64,000 nucleotides of DNA, from positions 1,870-65,869 of the forward strand of contig JAVWUC010000005.1 in the NCBI GenBank assembly GCA_036667395.1, in the 5' to 3' direction. Each line of letters begins with the position of its first letter. Position 1 is the first letter of the stretch. Below are positions 9,389 through 18,341 of this stretch, one piece after another. The position numbers were made by a program, and so were the translations under genes. Below the pieces are notes generated by a model that ran no database searches, was not told where the DNA came from, and was given only the letters and a program-made list of their open reading frames with translations. The DNA is from Cetobacterium sp. (GTDB taxonomy: Bacteria; Fusobacteriota; Fusobacteriia; Fusobacteriales; Fusobacteriaceae).

Positions 9389-10675
9389 ATGGAAAGATTG
9401 TTTCAATTAAAACAACATGGAACAACGGTAAAACAAGAGATTATAGCAGGGGTAACAACATTTTTAACAATGGCGTACATAATATTTGTTAATCCATCAA
9501 TTTTATCTATGACAGGTATGGATAAAGGAGCTTTAATAACTGTAACTTGTCTAGCATCAGCTATTGGTACAGGAATAACTGCACTTTGGGTTAATGCTCC
9601 ATTAGCAATGGCACCGGGTATGGGATTAAATGCTTTCTTCACATTTACATTGGTATTAGGAAACGGAGCTACTTGGCAACAAGCTCTAGGAGTAGTTTTT
9701 ATATCGGGAATAATTTTCTTAGCACTTACGTTCTCAGGATTAAGAGAAAAAATAATAGATGCGATACCTTCTGAATTAAGACTTGCTGTAGGAGCAGGAA
9801 TAGGACTTTTTATAGCTTTTATAGGAATGCAGGGAATGGGCTTAATTATTAGTAACCCAGCTACTATTGTAGGGCTTGGTAAGTTTAATATAAGTGTTGT
9901 TTTAGGACTGGTAGGATTTGCTATAATGGGACTACTAGAGATGAGAGATGTAAAAGGTGGAATACTTATTGGAATAGTTATAACAACAGTTTTAGGAATA
10001 GTATTTGGTGCAGTTGAGTTACCTACAAGTGTAGTTTCAATGCCACCAAGTATAGCACCAATAGCACTTAAGTTAGACATAATAGGAGCTATTCAACCAA
10101 TATTTTTAGGATCGATATTTTCATTTATGTTTGTTGATTTATTTGATTCTTTAGGAACAATAATGGCTTGTGCTCATGAGGCAGAAATGATTGATGAGAA
10201 AGGTAAAATAAAAAATGTAAGTAAGATATTAGAAGCAGACGCAATGGCAACGGTGATTGGATCACTTTTAGGAACATCAACAACAACAACGTTTGTAGAG
10301 TCAGCGTCAGGAATAGCTGTAGGTGGAAGAACAGGTTTAACAGCTTTAACGACAGCTTTCTTATTTATAGTGTCGCTGTTCTTTTCTCCAATAATAGGTA
10401 TTGTACCAGCTTTTGCAACAGCACCAGCTTTAATATTAGTAGGAGTATATATGTTTAAAAATCTACTAGATATAAATTTCCATAAAATAGAAGTTGCTAT
10501 ACCTTGTTTCTTAATAATAATAATGATGCCATTAACATATAGTATTTCAATTGGAATCGCTTTTGGATTTGTATCATACATATTAGTATCTCTGTTCAAT
10601 GGAAAAATAAAAGACATAAAGCCAATAATGTGGGCTATAGGGTTCTTTTCAATAATAGAATTGATGTTTAAGTAA
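9389..10675 (+). CDS. NCS2/AzgA-family purine permease (guanine/hypoxanthine/adenine permease, PbuG-like)
   Basis: 428 aa polytopic protein with the AzgA-like N-terminus (LKQHGTTVKQEIIAGVTTFLTMAYIIFVNP) and ESASGI motif. Guanine riboswitch upstream. Confidence 0.85.
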   Translation: MERLFQLKQHGTTVKQEIIAGVTTFLTMAYIIFVNPSILSMTGMDKGALITVTCLASAIGTGITALWVNAPLAMAPGMGLNAFFTFTLVLGNGATWQQALGVVFISGIIFLALTFSGLREKIIDAIPSELRLAVGAGIGLFIAFIGMQGMGLIISNPATIVGLGKFNISVVLGLVGFAIMGLLEMRDVKGGILIGIVITTVLGIVFGAVELPTSVVSMPPSIAPIALKLDIIGAIQPIFLGSIFSFMFVDLFDSLGTIMACAHEAEMIDEKGKIKNVSKILEADAMATVIGSLLGTSTTTTFVESASGIAVGGRTGLTALTTAFLFIVSLFFSPIIGIVPAFATAPALILVGVYMFKNLLDINFHKIEVAIPCFLIIIMMPLTYSISIGIAFGFVSYILVSLFNGKIKDIKPIMWAIGFFSIIELMFK

Positions 10676-10680
10676 AAAAA

Positions 10681-10710
10681 GTGGGTTCTCATTCAGAACC
10701 CACTTTTTTT
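10681..10710. terminator. Bidirectional intrinsic terminator between the permease gene and brnQ
   Basis: GTGGGTTCT / AGAACCCAC stem with an A-run before it and a T7 run after it. Confidence 0.85.
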
Positions 10711-10717
10711 ATTTATA

Positions 10718-11974
10718 CTAGATGCTTTCTTTTACAGTTACATCACTTTTAATCAATGTACTAAGAATAAAGACAACTAAAGCTGGAATAACCCAAGCAA
10801 AACCTTCTTTAGCAAAAGGAATAAAAGAAAGATTTAATCCACAAATTTCTGCAATACTTATAGCTAATGTTGTAATAACAACAAACTTAAAACTTAAATG
10901 ATTTTTTACACCAAAGATGTTAAGTAAGATTAAAACAATAGTTACTGGGTAAAGAACAACAAGTACTGGAACAGATAAGCTAATAATATGATCCAATCCA
11001 GCAACAGAAAGTACTGCTGAGAATAGACAGATAATAACAGCTAATCTCTTATAAGATATGTTTATAAGTTTAGAGAACCATTCACTTGCTAGTGCAACTA
11101 AACCAACAGATGTAGTTAAACATGCAGCAGCAACACAAACACCAAAAGCAACTTTACCAATATGACCTAGTGTTAACTGTGCTAAAGTCAGAGTAGTTTG
11201 AGCTGTACTAAGCCCTTTTAAGCTACTTATTTGAGCTCCAAGATAGATAAGGCTAAGATAGATAAATCCTAATCCTATTGCTGCTATAAATCCAGCATTA
11301 CTTAGGAAAAACTTTTGATCTTTAGAATTTGTAATTCCTTTCCCTTCAAGTCCTCTTATAATAATAACACCAAATAAAACTGAAGCCAAAGCATCCATTG
11401 TTTGGTATCCACTAATAAATCCATAAGAGAATTGATTTCCTTGAATAACAGATTTTACAGGTGTACCTAAATCATTAGTGATACCTAAAACTGTTATAAG
11501 AATAAGAATAGTAAGTATTATTGGAGTTAGGAATTTTCCTAAAATATCTGTAATACTAGATTCGTTTAAAACTAAAAAAAGTGTTAATCCGAAAAATATA
11601 ACAGAAGTAGCGATAGCTATAAATAGTGGATTGAAATTAGGGAATAATGGTAGAACACCCATTTCAAAAGTAGTAGATCCTGTTCTTGGGATAGCAAATA
11701 ATGGTCCTATAACCAAAATTAAAATTGTTGAATATAATATATTAAACTTATTAGAAACTTTATTTGCAAACTCATCTAAACTTCCAACTTTAGTAAAAGC
11801 AAGAATTCCTAATAATGGTAGTCCAATACCTGTTAGAAAAAAACCTAGACCAGCTTGAAACCAATTTTCTCCAACTGCAACACCAACGGAAGGTGGAAAT
11901 AATAAGTTACCAGCACCGAAAAACATAGAAAACAAAGCGAAACCTAAAATTAAAACCTCTTTTTTTCTGTTCAT
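10718..11974 (-). CDS. brnQ: Branched-chain amino acid transport system II carrier (LIVCS family), copy 1
   Basis: FFGAGNLLFPP signature and 12-TM layout. AGGAGG RBS. Looks roughly two-thirds identical by eye to the copy at 14524-15756. Confidence 0.9.
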   Translation of the reverse strand: MNRKKEVLILGFALFSMFFGAGNLLFPPSVGVAVGENWFQAGLGFFLTGIGLPLLGILAFTKVGSLDEFANKVSNKFNILYSTILILVIGPLFAIPRTGSTTFEMGVLPLFPNFNPLFIAIATSVIFFGLTLFLVLNESSITDILGKFLTPIILTILILITVLGITNDLGTPVKSVIQGNQFSYGFISGYQTMDALASVLFGVIIIRGLEGKGITNSKDQKFFLSNAGFIAAIGLGFIYLSLIYLGAQISSLKGLSTAQTTLTLAQLTLGHIGKVAFGVCVAAACLTTSVGLVALASEWFSKLINISYKRLAVIICLFSAVLSVAGLDHIISLSVPVLVVLYPVTIVLILLNIFGVKNHLSFKFVVITTLAISIAEICGLNLSFIPFAKEGFAWVIPALVVFILSTLIKSDVTVKESI

Positions 11975-12038
11975 TAAAACCTCCTAGTAAAGTGAAAAAA
12001 TATATAAAATTTTTAACCCTTATTAAATTATTAGGATG

Positions 12039-12067
12039 ATTGTACCAAAAAAAATAACAAAAATCAA
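12039..12067 (-). promoter_or_regulatory. Sigma70-like promoter for brnQ copy 1 (TTGATT-17 nt-TACAAT on the minus strand)
   Basis: The reverse complement reads TTGATT (12067-12062), a 17-nt spacer, then TACAAT (12044-12039). Confidence 0.6.
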
Positions 12068-12277
12068 GAAAAAAATATTGAAAAAAAGGTATTAAAGTAC
12101 TTAAAAAATAGTACTTAGAACAAAAAATAAGATTTTAAATTTGATAAGCCCTTTAAAATCAAGGGTGTATTATAATAAAAATACGAACAAAAAAATAAAA
12201 AAATTGTTATCTACAAAAGGTAAATAGAAGATGATATCATTTGGAATATAAAAATAAGACAAGGAGAGGTGGAGAAA

Positions 12278-13627
12278 ATGGAAATGATAAGAATACTTAT
12301 TGATTCAACAAATAATTTCTTGTGGGGAAAAAACATTTTGGTAGTTATGCTGATTGGAATGGCGATCTATGCGAGCTATAAAACAAAATTTATGCAGATA
12401 AGATTGTTTGGAAATATTGTAGGAACATTGAAAGGAGAAACAACAAATGGAGAAAAAATCAGCTCTCTAGAAGCTTTTTATCTTGGTACAGCATGTAGAG
12501 TTGGAGCTGGAAATATAGCGGGAGTAGTTGCAGCAATCTCTGTAGGGGGAGCAGGAGCTTTGTTCTGGATGTGGTTAGTTGCATTGTTAGGAGCATCGAC
12601 TGCATTTTTAGAATCAATTTTAGCAGTTGTTCACAGAGAAAAGGATAAGGATGGGAATTATAGAGGCGGAACACCTTGGATTATAAAAAATAGATTAGGT
12701 AAAAAATGGATTGGTACAATCTATGCGGCAGCTTCAATAATATGTTATATCGGAGTTATTCAAGTTATGTCTAATTCGGTTACAGAATCTGTGTCTGGAG
12801 CATACGGTGTAAATCCTAAAATAATATCGGCTGTATTAGCTACAATTGTTGCAATAACAATATTTGGAAAAAGTAAAAAAGATAAGATAGTGATGGCTTT
12901 AAATAAAATAGTTCCAATTATGGCATTTTTATATATAGCCGTTGTGGTATATGTAATTTTAACAAATTTAATGGGAATACCAGCAATGTTTGGAAAAATA
13001 TTTTCAGCGGCATTTGGAATGGATCAAATTGCAGGTGGAGCATTAGGTGGAGTCATAATGCAAGGTGTTAGAAGAGGTCTGTTTTCGAATGAAGCAGGAA
13101 GCGGAAATGGAAACTACGCTGCTGCTTTAGCAGATGTAGATGAGCCAGTAAAACAAGGAATGGTTCAATCACTTAGTGTTTTTGTAGATACACTAGTAAT
13201 ATGTAGTGCAACGGCTTTTGTAATATTGTTAGCAGATTCGAATTCAATCCAAGGATTAAATGGAATGGTACTTTTCCAAGAGGCTTTAAAATCACATATT
13301 GGATGGATTGGAATTCCATTTACTGTTATAATTTTATTTTTCTTTTCATTCAGCACAATATTAGGAGTAACTTTTTATGGGAAAAATGCTCTTCAATATA
13401 TAAATGAAAGTTCTAAATTAAATATGTGCTATCAGTTAGTAGTAGTTTGGATGGTATATGTTGGTGGAGTTGAACAAAACTTCTTTGTATGGTCATTAGC
13501 AGATTTTGGATTAGGAATTATGACCGTTATAAATATAGGAGTTATTTGTCCTTTGGTAAATGAAGCTGTAGAACATTTAGAAAAATATGAGCAAAAAATA
13601 AAAGGATATGTTAAAATAAACCCATAA
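12278..13627 (+). CDS. Alanine/glycine:cation symporter (AGCS family, sodium:alanine symporter)
   Basis: AGCS hallmarks: ACRVGAGNIAGV, GGAGALFWMW and RGLFSNEAGSG. I prefer the ATG at 12278, about 9 nt after AAGGAGAGG. The track ORF starts at GTG 12269. Confidence 0.85.
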   Translation: MEMIRILIDSTNNFLWGKNILVVMLIGMAIYASYKTKFMQIRLFGNIVGTLKGETTNGEKISSLEAFYLGTACRVGAGNIAGVVAAISVGGAGALFWMWLVALLGASTAFLESILAVVHREKDKDGNYRGGTPWIIKNRLGKKWIGTIYAAASIICYIGVIQVMSNSVTESVSGAYGVNPKIISAVLATIVAITIFGKSKKDKIVMALNKIVPIMAFLYIAVVVYVILTNLMGIPAMFGKIFSAAFGMDQIAGGALGGVIMQGVRRGLFSNEAGSGNGNYAAALADVDEPVKQGMVQSLSVFVDTLVICSATAFVILLADSNSIQGLNGMVLFQEALKSHIGWIGIPFTVIILFFFSFSTILGVTFYGKNALQYINESSKLNMCYQLVVVWMVYVGGVEQNFFVWSLADFGLGIMTVINIGVICPLVNEAVEHLEKYEQKIKGYVKINP

Positions 13628-13649
13628 TTTAAGGTGTTGTGGGGGGATT

Positions 13650-14495
13650 ATGAAAAAAATTAGAGTTACTGTTTCTGAAGATATTTGGAGACTTTTAAAA
13701 AAAGATTCAGAAGAGTTTGGTATAAATAATAATAAATTGTGTAACTTTATTTTAGATAAATTTAAATATAGTAAAAAATTTGATATAGATAAATTTATGG
13801 AACCTCAAGGTAGACCGCTAAAAAAAGTTATACAGTTTGATTTAAATGTATTAAATAAAGCTATTTATTATGATATATTGAAGGCAAATCATGTTGAAAT
13901 TGAGGCTGAATTTTTTAGAGAGTTGTTTGAGGTATATTCATCCCAGTTTAAATATCAAAGAGAGATTTTTATATTTCAAGAGACATACAAGCTTTTATTG
14001 GATGCTATACAAAATAAAGTTAAAATCAAAGTTGATTACTTAGGAGATATTTTAACACTATCTCCATATTTCATTAAAAGAGAGGATCAAGGGGATGAAA
14101 ATTTTATTTTTGCATATGATGATGAAAATAAAAAATATAGAAGTATAAAGTTAAAAGATGTAAATCTCTTGGGAGTTTTAAATGAAAAAATATTAGTGAG
14201 AGATAAAAAATATATAGATGGAATGAGAAAGAATTTTGATCCATTTTTAGGAGAGAGAATAGTTGTTAAGGCTATATTTACTCCAGTAGGAGAAAGTATG
14301 CTAAAAAGCTTAACAAACTATAAACCAAAACTCTTAAAAAAAGAGGATGATATCTATTATTTTGAAATGACTTTAGAAAATGCAAAAGTTTATTTTTCCT
14401 CATTTCTAAAAGAAGCGAAAATATTAGAACCACAAAAGCTTAGGGATGAATTGAAACGTTCGTTTTTAGAGGCCTATAATATATATGGATACTAA
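13650..14495 (+). CDS. Putative transcriptional regulator with an RHH-like N-terminus followed by WYL-like and WCX-like domains
   Basis: Residues 2-40 (KKIRVTVSEDIWRLLKKDSEEFGINNNKLCNFIL) have a strand-helix-helix pattern, and a second similar pattern follows (KKVIQFDLNVLNKAIYYDILKAN...FFRELFEVY). The central segment VKIKVDYLGDILTLSPYFIKREDQGDENFIFAYDDENKKYRSIKLKDV fits the WYL pattern. The C-terminal AKILEPQKLRDELKRSFLEAYNIY fits the usual WCX ending. Assignment is by motif only. Confidence 0.55.
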   Translation: MKKIRVTVSEDIWRLLKKDSEEFGINNNKLCNFILDKFKYSKKFDIDKFMEPQGRPLKKVIQFDLNVLNKAIYYDILKANHVEIEAEFFRELFEVYSSQFKYQREIFIFQETYKLLLDAIQNKVKIKVDYLGDILTLSPYFIKREDQGDENFIFAYDDENKKYRSIKLKDVNLLGVLNEKILVRDKKYIDGMRKNFDPFLGERIVVKAIFTPVGESMLKSLTNYKPKLLKKEDDIYYFEMTLENAKVYFSSFLKEAKILEPQKLRDELKRSFLEAYNIYGY

Positions 14496-14523
14496 ATAGT
14501 TTATTTAATAAGGGGAGGAAGTT

Positions 14524-15756
14524 ATGAACAAGAAAAAAGAGATTATAGTTTTGGGATTAGCACTGTTTGCAATGTTTTTTGGTGCTGGAAATTTATTATT
14601 TCCACCATCACTGGGGGTAGCGGTTGGAACAAGTTGGTTTATAGCAGGGATAGGTTTTTTTTTAACGGGAGTTGGACTACCATTATTAGGAATTCTTGCT
14701 TTTACTAAAGTTGGAAGTTTAGAGGAGTTTGCAAATAAAGTTTCGTTTAAATTCAACAAAATATATTTAACTACGTTAATATTGGTTATAGGGCCATTAT
14801 TTGCTATCCCAAGAACAGGGTCTACCACTTTCGAGATGGGAGTGCTACCTTTGTTTAATGGGGCAGATCCGAAAGTTTTAGCAATAGTGAGCTCTGTAAT
14901 ATTTTTTGGTGTAACACTTTTTTTGGTTTTAAATGAATCCAAAGTAACGGATGTATTAGGAAAATTTTTAACACCTATTATTTTGATAATACTAGCTTTA
15001 ATAACTATTCTAGGTTTTATAAATCCAATCGGAGAATCTGTTGTAAGTAAGATTCAAGGAAGCCAGTTTTCATATGGCTTTATAAATGGTTACCAAACTA
15101 TGGATGCTTTGGCTTCAGTTTTATTTGGAGTTATAATTATAAAAGGACTAGAAGCAAAGGGGATTACAAATCCAAAGGATCAAAAAGTATTTTTAACAGG
15201 TTCTGGAATAATAGCTGCAGCTGGGTTAGGTTTAATATATTTCAGTTTAATTTATCTAGGGTCTCAAATAAGTGGAATGGAGAATCTATCTACAGCTCAA
15301 ACAGCATTGACGATAGCTGAGTTAACACTAGGTAGTTTAGGAAAAATTGGATTTGGAGTTTGCGTTGGAGCAGCTTGTCTAACAACTTCAGTTGGATTGA
15401 CAGCCTTAGTTAGCGATTGGTTTGCAAGACTGTTTAATGTTTCATATAAAATGATTGCAGTAGTGACATGTTTATTTTCATCTATATTAGCAGTAGCAGG
15501 ATTAGATTATATAATAAGTTTGGCGGTTCCAGTTTTAATTGTGCTGTATCCAGTTACGATTGTTTTGATTGTATTAAATATTTTTGGAGTTGAGAATAAA
15601 AATTGTTTCAAATTAGTTACTTTTGTAACTTTGTTCATAAGTGTTGCAGAAGTTTTAAAAGTGAATTTAACGTTTATTCCTCTTTCAAGTATGGGATTTG
15701 CATGGTTAATTCCTGCCTTATTTGCCTATGGAATAGGGAAAGTTATTAAAAGATAA
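14524..15756 (+). CDS. brnQ: Branched-chain amino acid transport system II carrier (LIVCS family), copy 2
   Basis: FFGAGNLLFPP signature. Collinear similarity to copy 1 along the full length. GGGGAGGA RBS. Confidence 0.9.
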   Translation: MNKKKEIIVLGLALFAMFFGAGNLLFPPSLGVAVGTSWFIAGIGFFLTGVGLPLLGILAFTKVGSLEEFANKVSFKFNKIYLTTLILVIGPLFAIPRTGSTTFEMGVLPLFNGADPKVLAIVSSVIFFGVTLFLVLNESKVTDVLGKFLTPIILIILALITILGFINPIGESVVSKIQGSQFSYGFINGYQTMDALASVLFGVIIIKGLEAKGITNPKDQKVFLTGSGIIAAAGLGLIYFSLIYLGSQISGMENLSTAQTALTIAELTLGSLGKIGFGVCVGAACLTTSVGLTALVSDWFARLFNVSYKMIAVVTCLFSSILAVAGLDYIISLAVPVLIVLYPVTIVLIVLNIFGVENKNCFKLVTFVTLFISVAEVLKVNLTFIPLSSMGFAWLIPALFAYGIGKVIKR

Positions 15757-15797
15757 TATAAAATTAAGTTTATATATACTTAATATATTAAAATAGA

Positions 15798-15827
15798 ACT
15801 CAGCTTTAAAAAAGGCTGAGTTTTTTT
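15798..15827 (+). terminator. Intrinsic terminator after brnQ copy 2
   Basis: ACTCAGC / GCTGAGT stem followed by T7. Confidence 0.8.
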
Positions 15828-15836
15828 ATTATTTGC

Positions 15837-15865
15837 TTGAAAAAAATGGGGAAAGGGTGTATAAT
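15837..15865 (+). promoter_or_regulatory. Sigma70-like promoter for the FNT channel gene (TTGAAA-17 nt-TATAAT)
   Basis: TTGAAA at 15837-15842 and TATAAT at 15860-15865 with a 17-nt spacer. Confidence 0.65.
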
Positions 15866-15900
15866 CCCAAACTGTACGAAAAAAAATCAGGAGGAAAAAA

Positions 15901-16662
15901 GTGAAGGTTTATTTAACAAACAAAGAAACAACAGAACAAGTTCTTCTATTAGGAGAAAACAAAGGGCACTACTCTTTTACAAAAACAATGTTACTAGGAC
16001 TTATGGGTGGAGTTTACATTGCTTTATCGGCTTTAGGAAATTTAATTGCTAACTTTACAATAGGTGGAGGAGCAGGTAAGTTCGTAGGAGCTTCTGTTTT
16101 CCCAACAGGTCTTATGTTAGTTGTTTTAGTTGGAGGATCATTATTTACCGGAGATTGTTTAGGACTTTTAGCATTTACAAAAGGAAAAGTAGAAAAAGCA
16201 ACATATGTAAAAAACTTATGTGCTGTTTGGATTGGGAATCTTATTGGATCGGTATTTATAGCGTATGTAACTTATATTGGTGGAAGTTACGCATCAGTTG
16301 ATTTTGCAAACTTTGTTGTTGGAGTAGCAGAGCACAAAGTTCATTTAGGATTTGTAGAAGCTATAGCAAGTGGATTTTTATGTAATGTACTAGTTGCAAT
16401 AGGAGTTTGGTTTGCATTAGCATCAAAAGACTTATCAGGAAAAATATTAGCTATTTGGTTCCCAATTATGTTATTTATTCTTGGAGGTTTCCAGCACGTG
16501 GTTGCAAACATGTACTATCTAAGTATAGGTAAAATATTAATGACAAATGCTTATACATTTGGAGGAATGGGATTACATTTCTTAGCTGTTACAATTGGAA
16601 ACTTTTTATCAGGAGCTGTATTCTTACCTTTAATTTATAAAAAATTATATATGAATGATTAA
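15901..16662 (+). CDS. Formate/nitrite transporter (FNT) family channel, substrate unresolved
   Basis: 253 aa, 6-TM FNT layout with LFTGDCL, GNLIGS and QHVVANM motifs. GTG start 6 nt after AGGAGG. Confidence 0.8.
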   Translation: MKVYLTNKETTEQVLLLGENKGHYSFTKTMLLGLMGGVYIALSALGNLIANFTIGGGAGKFVGASVFPTGLMLVVLVGGSLFTGDCLGLLAFTKGKVEKATYVKNLCAVWIGNLIGSVFIAYVTYIGGSYASVDFANFVVGVAEHKVHLGFVEAIASGFLCNVLVAIGVWFALASKDLSGKILAIWFPIMLFILGGFQHVVANMYYLSIGKILMTNAYTFGGMGLHFLAVTIGNFLSGAVFLPLIYKKLYMND

Positions 16663-16670
16663 TAATATAA

Positions 16671-16705
16671 ATGGGGCAGTCCGATATTGGACTACCCCAT
16701 ATTTT
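16671..16705. terminator. Hairpin terminator between the convergent FNT and SDR genes
   Basis: ATGGGGCAGTCC / GGACTACCCCAT 12-bp stem with one mismatch, followed by ATTTTTATTT on the plus strand. Confidence 0.7.
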
Positions 16706-17475
16706 TATTTTCTATGAACAGTTCTACCATCGGCTTGATGATTTGGTGTCATTGCTATCTCTGTTAATTGAACATTCTCAGGAAGCCCAGTAGCATAGAT
16801 TATAACATCAGCAACATCATCAGGAGTTAAAGGGTTAATTCCTTTATAAGCGTTTGAAGCTTTTTCAAGATCGCCATTAAATCTTACTTTACTGAATTCA
16901 GTCTCAACAAGTCCAGGTTTTATGTTGGTTACTTTAATGTTTGTATCAACTAAATCAATTCTTAATCCGTCAGAGAATGTTTTTACAGCGGCTTTAGTAG
17001 CACAGTAGATTGCTCCACCAGCATAAGCTGCATCCCCAGCAATAGAACCAAGATTAACAATATGTCCACTTTTATGTTTTAACATAAGAGGAACAACCGC
17101 ACTAGTAACATATAGCATACCTTTGACATTGGTATCCACAACAGTGTCAATATCTGTAGGTGATGCTAAATAAACTTTGTCTAGTCCAAGAGCTAAACCG
17201 GCATTGTTGATAAGGATATCAATTTTTTTGAAAGATTCAGGAAGAGAATTGATTTTTTCCTCCACATCTTTACTAACACGAACATCCATAACAAGAGTAT
17301 AAACTTTGACTCCATACTTTCTTATTAGCTCCTCTTTTAGAGAATCCAATAGATCAGAGCTTCTAGCAGTAATAATAAGGTTTGCACCTTTTTCAGCATA
17401 AGCTAAAGCACAACTTCTTCCAATTCCTTTTGTAGCACCTGTAATTAAAATAGTCTTTCCATACAATTTGTTCAT
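16705..17475 (-). CDS. NADP-dependent 3-hydroxy acid / serine dehydrogenase-like SDR (YdfG-like)
   Basis: TGATKGIG, NNAGLALG, Y..ATK. The C-terminal part (IKPGLVETEFSKVRFNGD...LTPDDVA...) is collinear with E. coli YdfG. Confidence 0.75.
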   Translation of the reverse strand: MNKLYGKTILITGATKGIGRSCALAYAEKGANLIITARSSDLLDSLKEELIRKYGVKVYTLVMDVRVSKDVEEKINSLPESFKKIDILINNAGLALGLDKVYLASPTDIDTVVDTNVKGMLYVTSAVVPLMLKHKSGHIVNLGSIAGDAAYAGGAIYCATKAAVKTFSDGLRIDLVDTNIKVTNIKPGLVETEFSKVRFNGDLEKASNAYKGINPLTPDDVADVIIYATGLPENVQLTEIAMTPNHQADGRTVHRK

Positions 17476-17485
17476 AGAAACCCCC

Positions 17486-18004
17486 TTAGCTTAGAATGTA
17501 AGCGTTTTTAATTTTTTCAACACTGTCATAAAGATTTGTTTCTGAAGTTATTTCTATCGAAAAATCAGCAGAAATTTTATATAAGGTTTGACGTTTCTCG
17601 TGAAGCTCCTTAATTTTTTCAAATAAGTTTTCGGAGTTGTTTAAAAGAGGTCTATTTTTGCTACGTCGAACTCTTTCGTAGATAGTTTCAACGTCACAAT
17701 CTAAGAAAACAACAAAAGAAGTTTGTTTTAAGTTTTTTATATTAACGTTATCAATTATAGCTCCACCACCAGTGGAAATAACGATGTTATTATCTCTAGA
17801 CTCTTCTTCTATAATTTCTCTTTCTAAATCTCTAAAATACTTCTCTCCAAGCTCTTCAAAAATTTCAGGAATAGTTTTCTTTTCACGAATAGATATGCAT
17901 CTGTCAATATCTATAAATTTCATGTCTAGGCTTCTTGCAAGTATTCGACCAACGGTAGTTTTACCGCTGCCCATAAAGCCTATTAGAGCAATGTTATCTT
18001 TCAT
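17486..18004 (-). CDS. aroK: Shikimate kinase
   Basis: GFMGSGKTTVGR P-loop, and ISTGGG plus RPLL motifs. 172 aa. Confidence 0.9.
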   Translation of the reverse strand: MKDNIALIGFMGSGKTTVGRILARSLDMKFIDIDRCISIREKKTIPEIFEELGEKYFRDLEREIIEEESRDNNIVISTGGGAIIDNVNIKNLKQTSFVVFLDCDVETIYERVRRSKNRPLLNNSENLFEKIKELHEKRQTLYKISADFSIEITSETNLYDSVEKIKNAYILS

Positions 18005-18009
18005 AAATC

Positions 18010-18339
18010 TTAGAAATGCTCGCCATTATCATAATAGTTAGAACCTTCTAGGGGATAGAAGATAACGGTAGTGTCGTTATTGCTTTTTAATTTTTTACAA
18101 AATGCTGTGATAAATGAAGCAACTAAATCTTTAGTTTCTTGACCTCTATCAAACCATGCTACATCAACAAAAATATAACCTGGAACGATATTTCCATCAA
18201 AAATATACTCAGTTTCTGTATGCTCGATAGTGAACCAAGTTCTGTCGCACTTTATAATTTCAGTTAATCCATCAATTAACTCCTTACTATTTTCAATAAG
18301 AATTTTCTTTTCGATACCTCTGAATTTTAAATGTGGCAT
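18010..18339 (-). CDS. Small DUF1904-like protein, possibly tautomerase-superfamily fold (N-terminal Met-Pro)
   Basis: 109 aa starting MPHLKFRG, which I recall as typical of the DUF1904 family. AGGAGG RBS. Family assignment is from memory and not verified. Confidence 0.45.
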   Translation of the reverse strand: MPHLKFRGIEKKILIENSKELIDGLTEIIKCDRTWFTIEHTETEYIFDGNIVPGYIFVDVAWFDRGQETKDLVASFITAFCKKLKSNNDTTVIFYPLEGSNYYDNGEHF

Positions 18340-18341
18340 AA

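Noticed and set aside
9403-10080. Long antisense ORFs inside real genes. Examples: 225 aa at 9403-10080, 179 aa at 2823-3362, 182 aa at 35785-36333, 172 aa at 10174-10692, and 126 and 145 aa opposite the two brnQ genes.
   Set aside because: All lie fully within, and antisense to, strongly supported genes. They have low-complexity Ser/Ile/Pro/Asn-rich translations and no RBS. The similarity between the two brnQ-antisense ORFs simply mirrors the brnQ paralogy.
11975-12277. A glycine riboswitch or T-box leader upstream of the AGCS alanine/glycine symporter.
   Set aside because: The 303-nt gap is almost pure A/T. It lacks the GGAGAG...CACCG-type glycine aptamer cores, and it has no specifier/T-box sequence.
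10718-15756. The inverted brnQ copies as a recent duplication or an invertible/recombinogenic segment.
   Set aside because: Nucleotide comparison by eye shows many synonymous differences. The longest identical run I found is about 26 nt (ccattatttgctatcccaagaacagg). These are old paralogues, not a recent repeat, and no recombinase is nearby.
15837-16052. The 71-aa ORF overlapping the FNT gene start, and likewise the 74-aa ORF at 52513-52737 overlapping rex.
   Set aside because: Both are out-of-frame overlaps with well-supported genes that have strong RBSs. The 15837 ORF actually spans the promoter I assign to the FNT gene.
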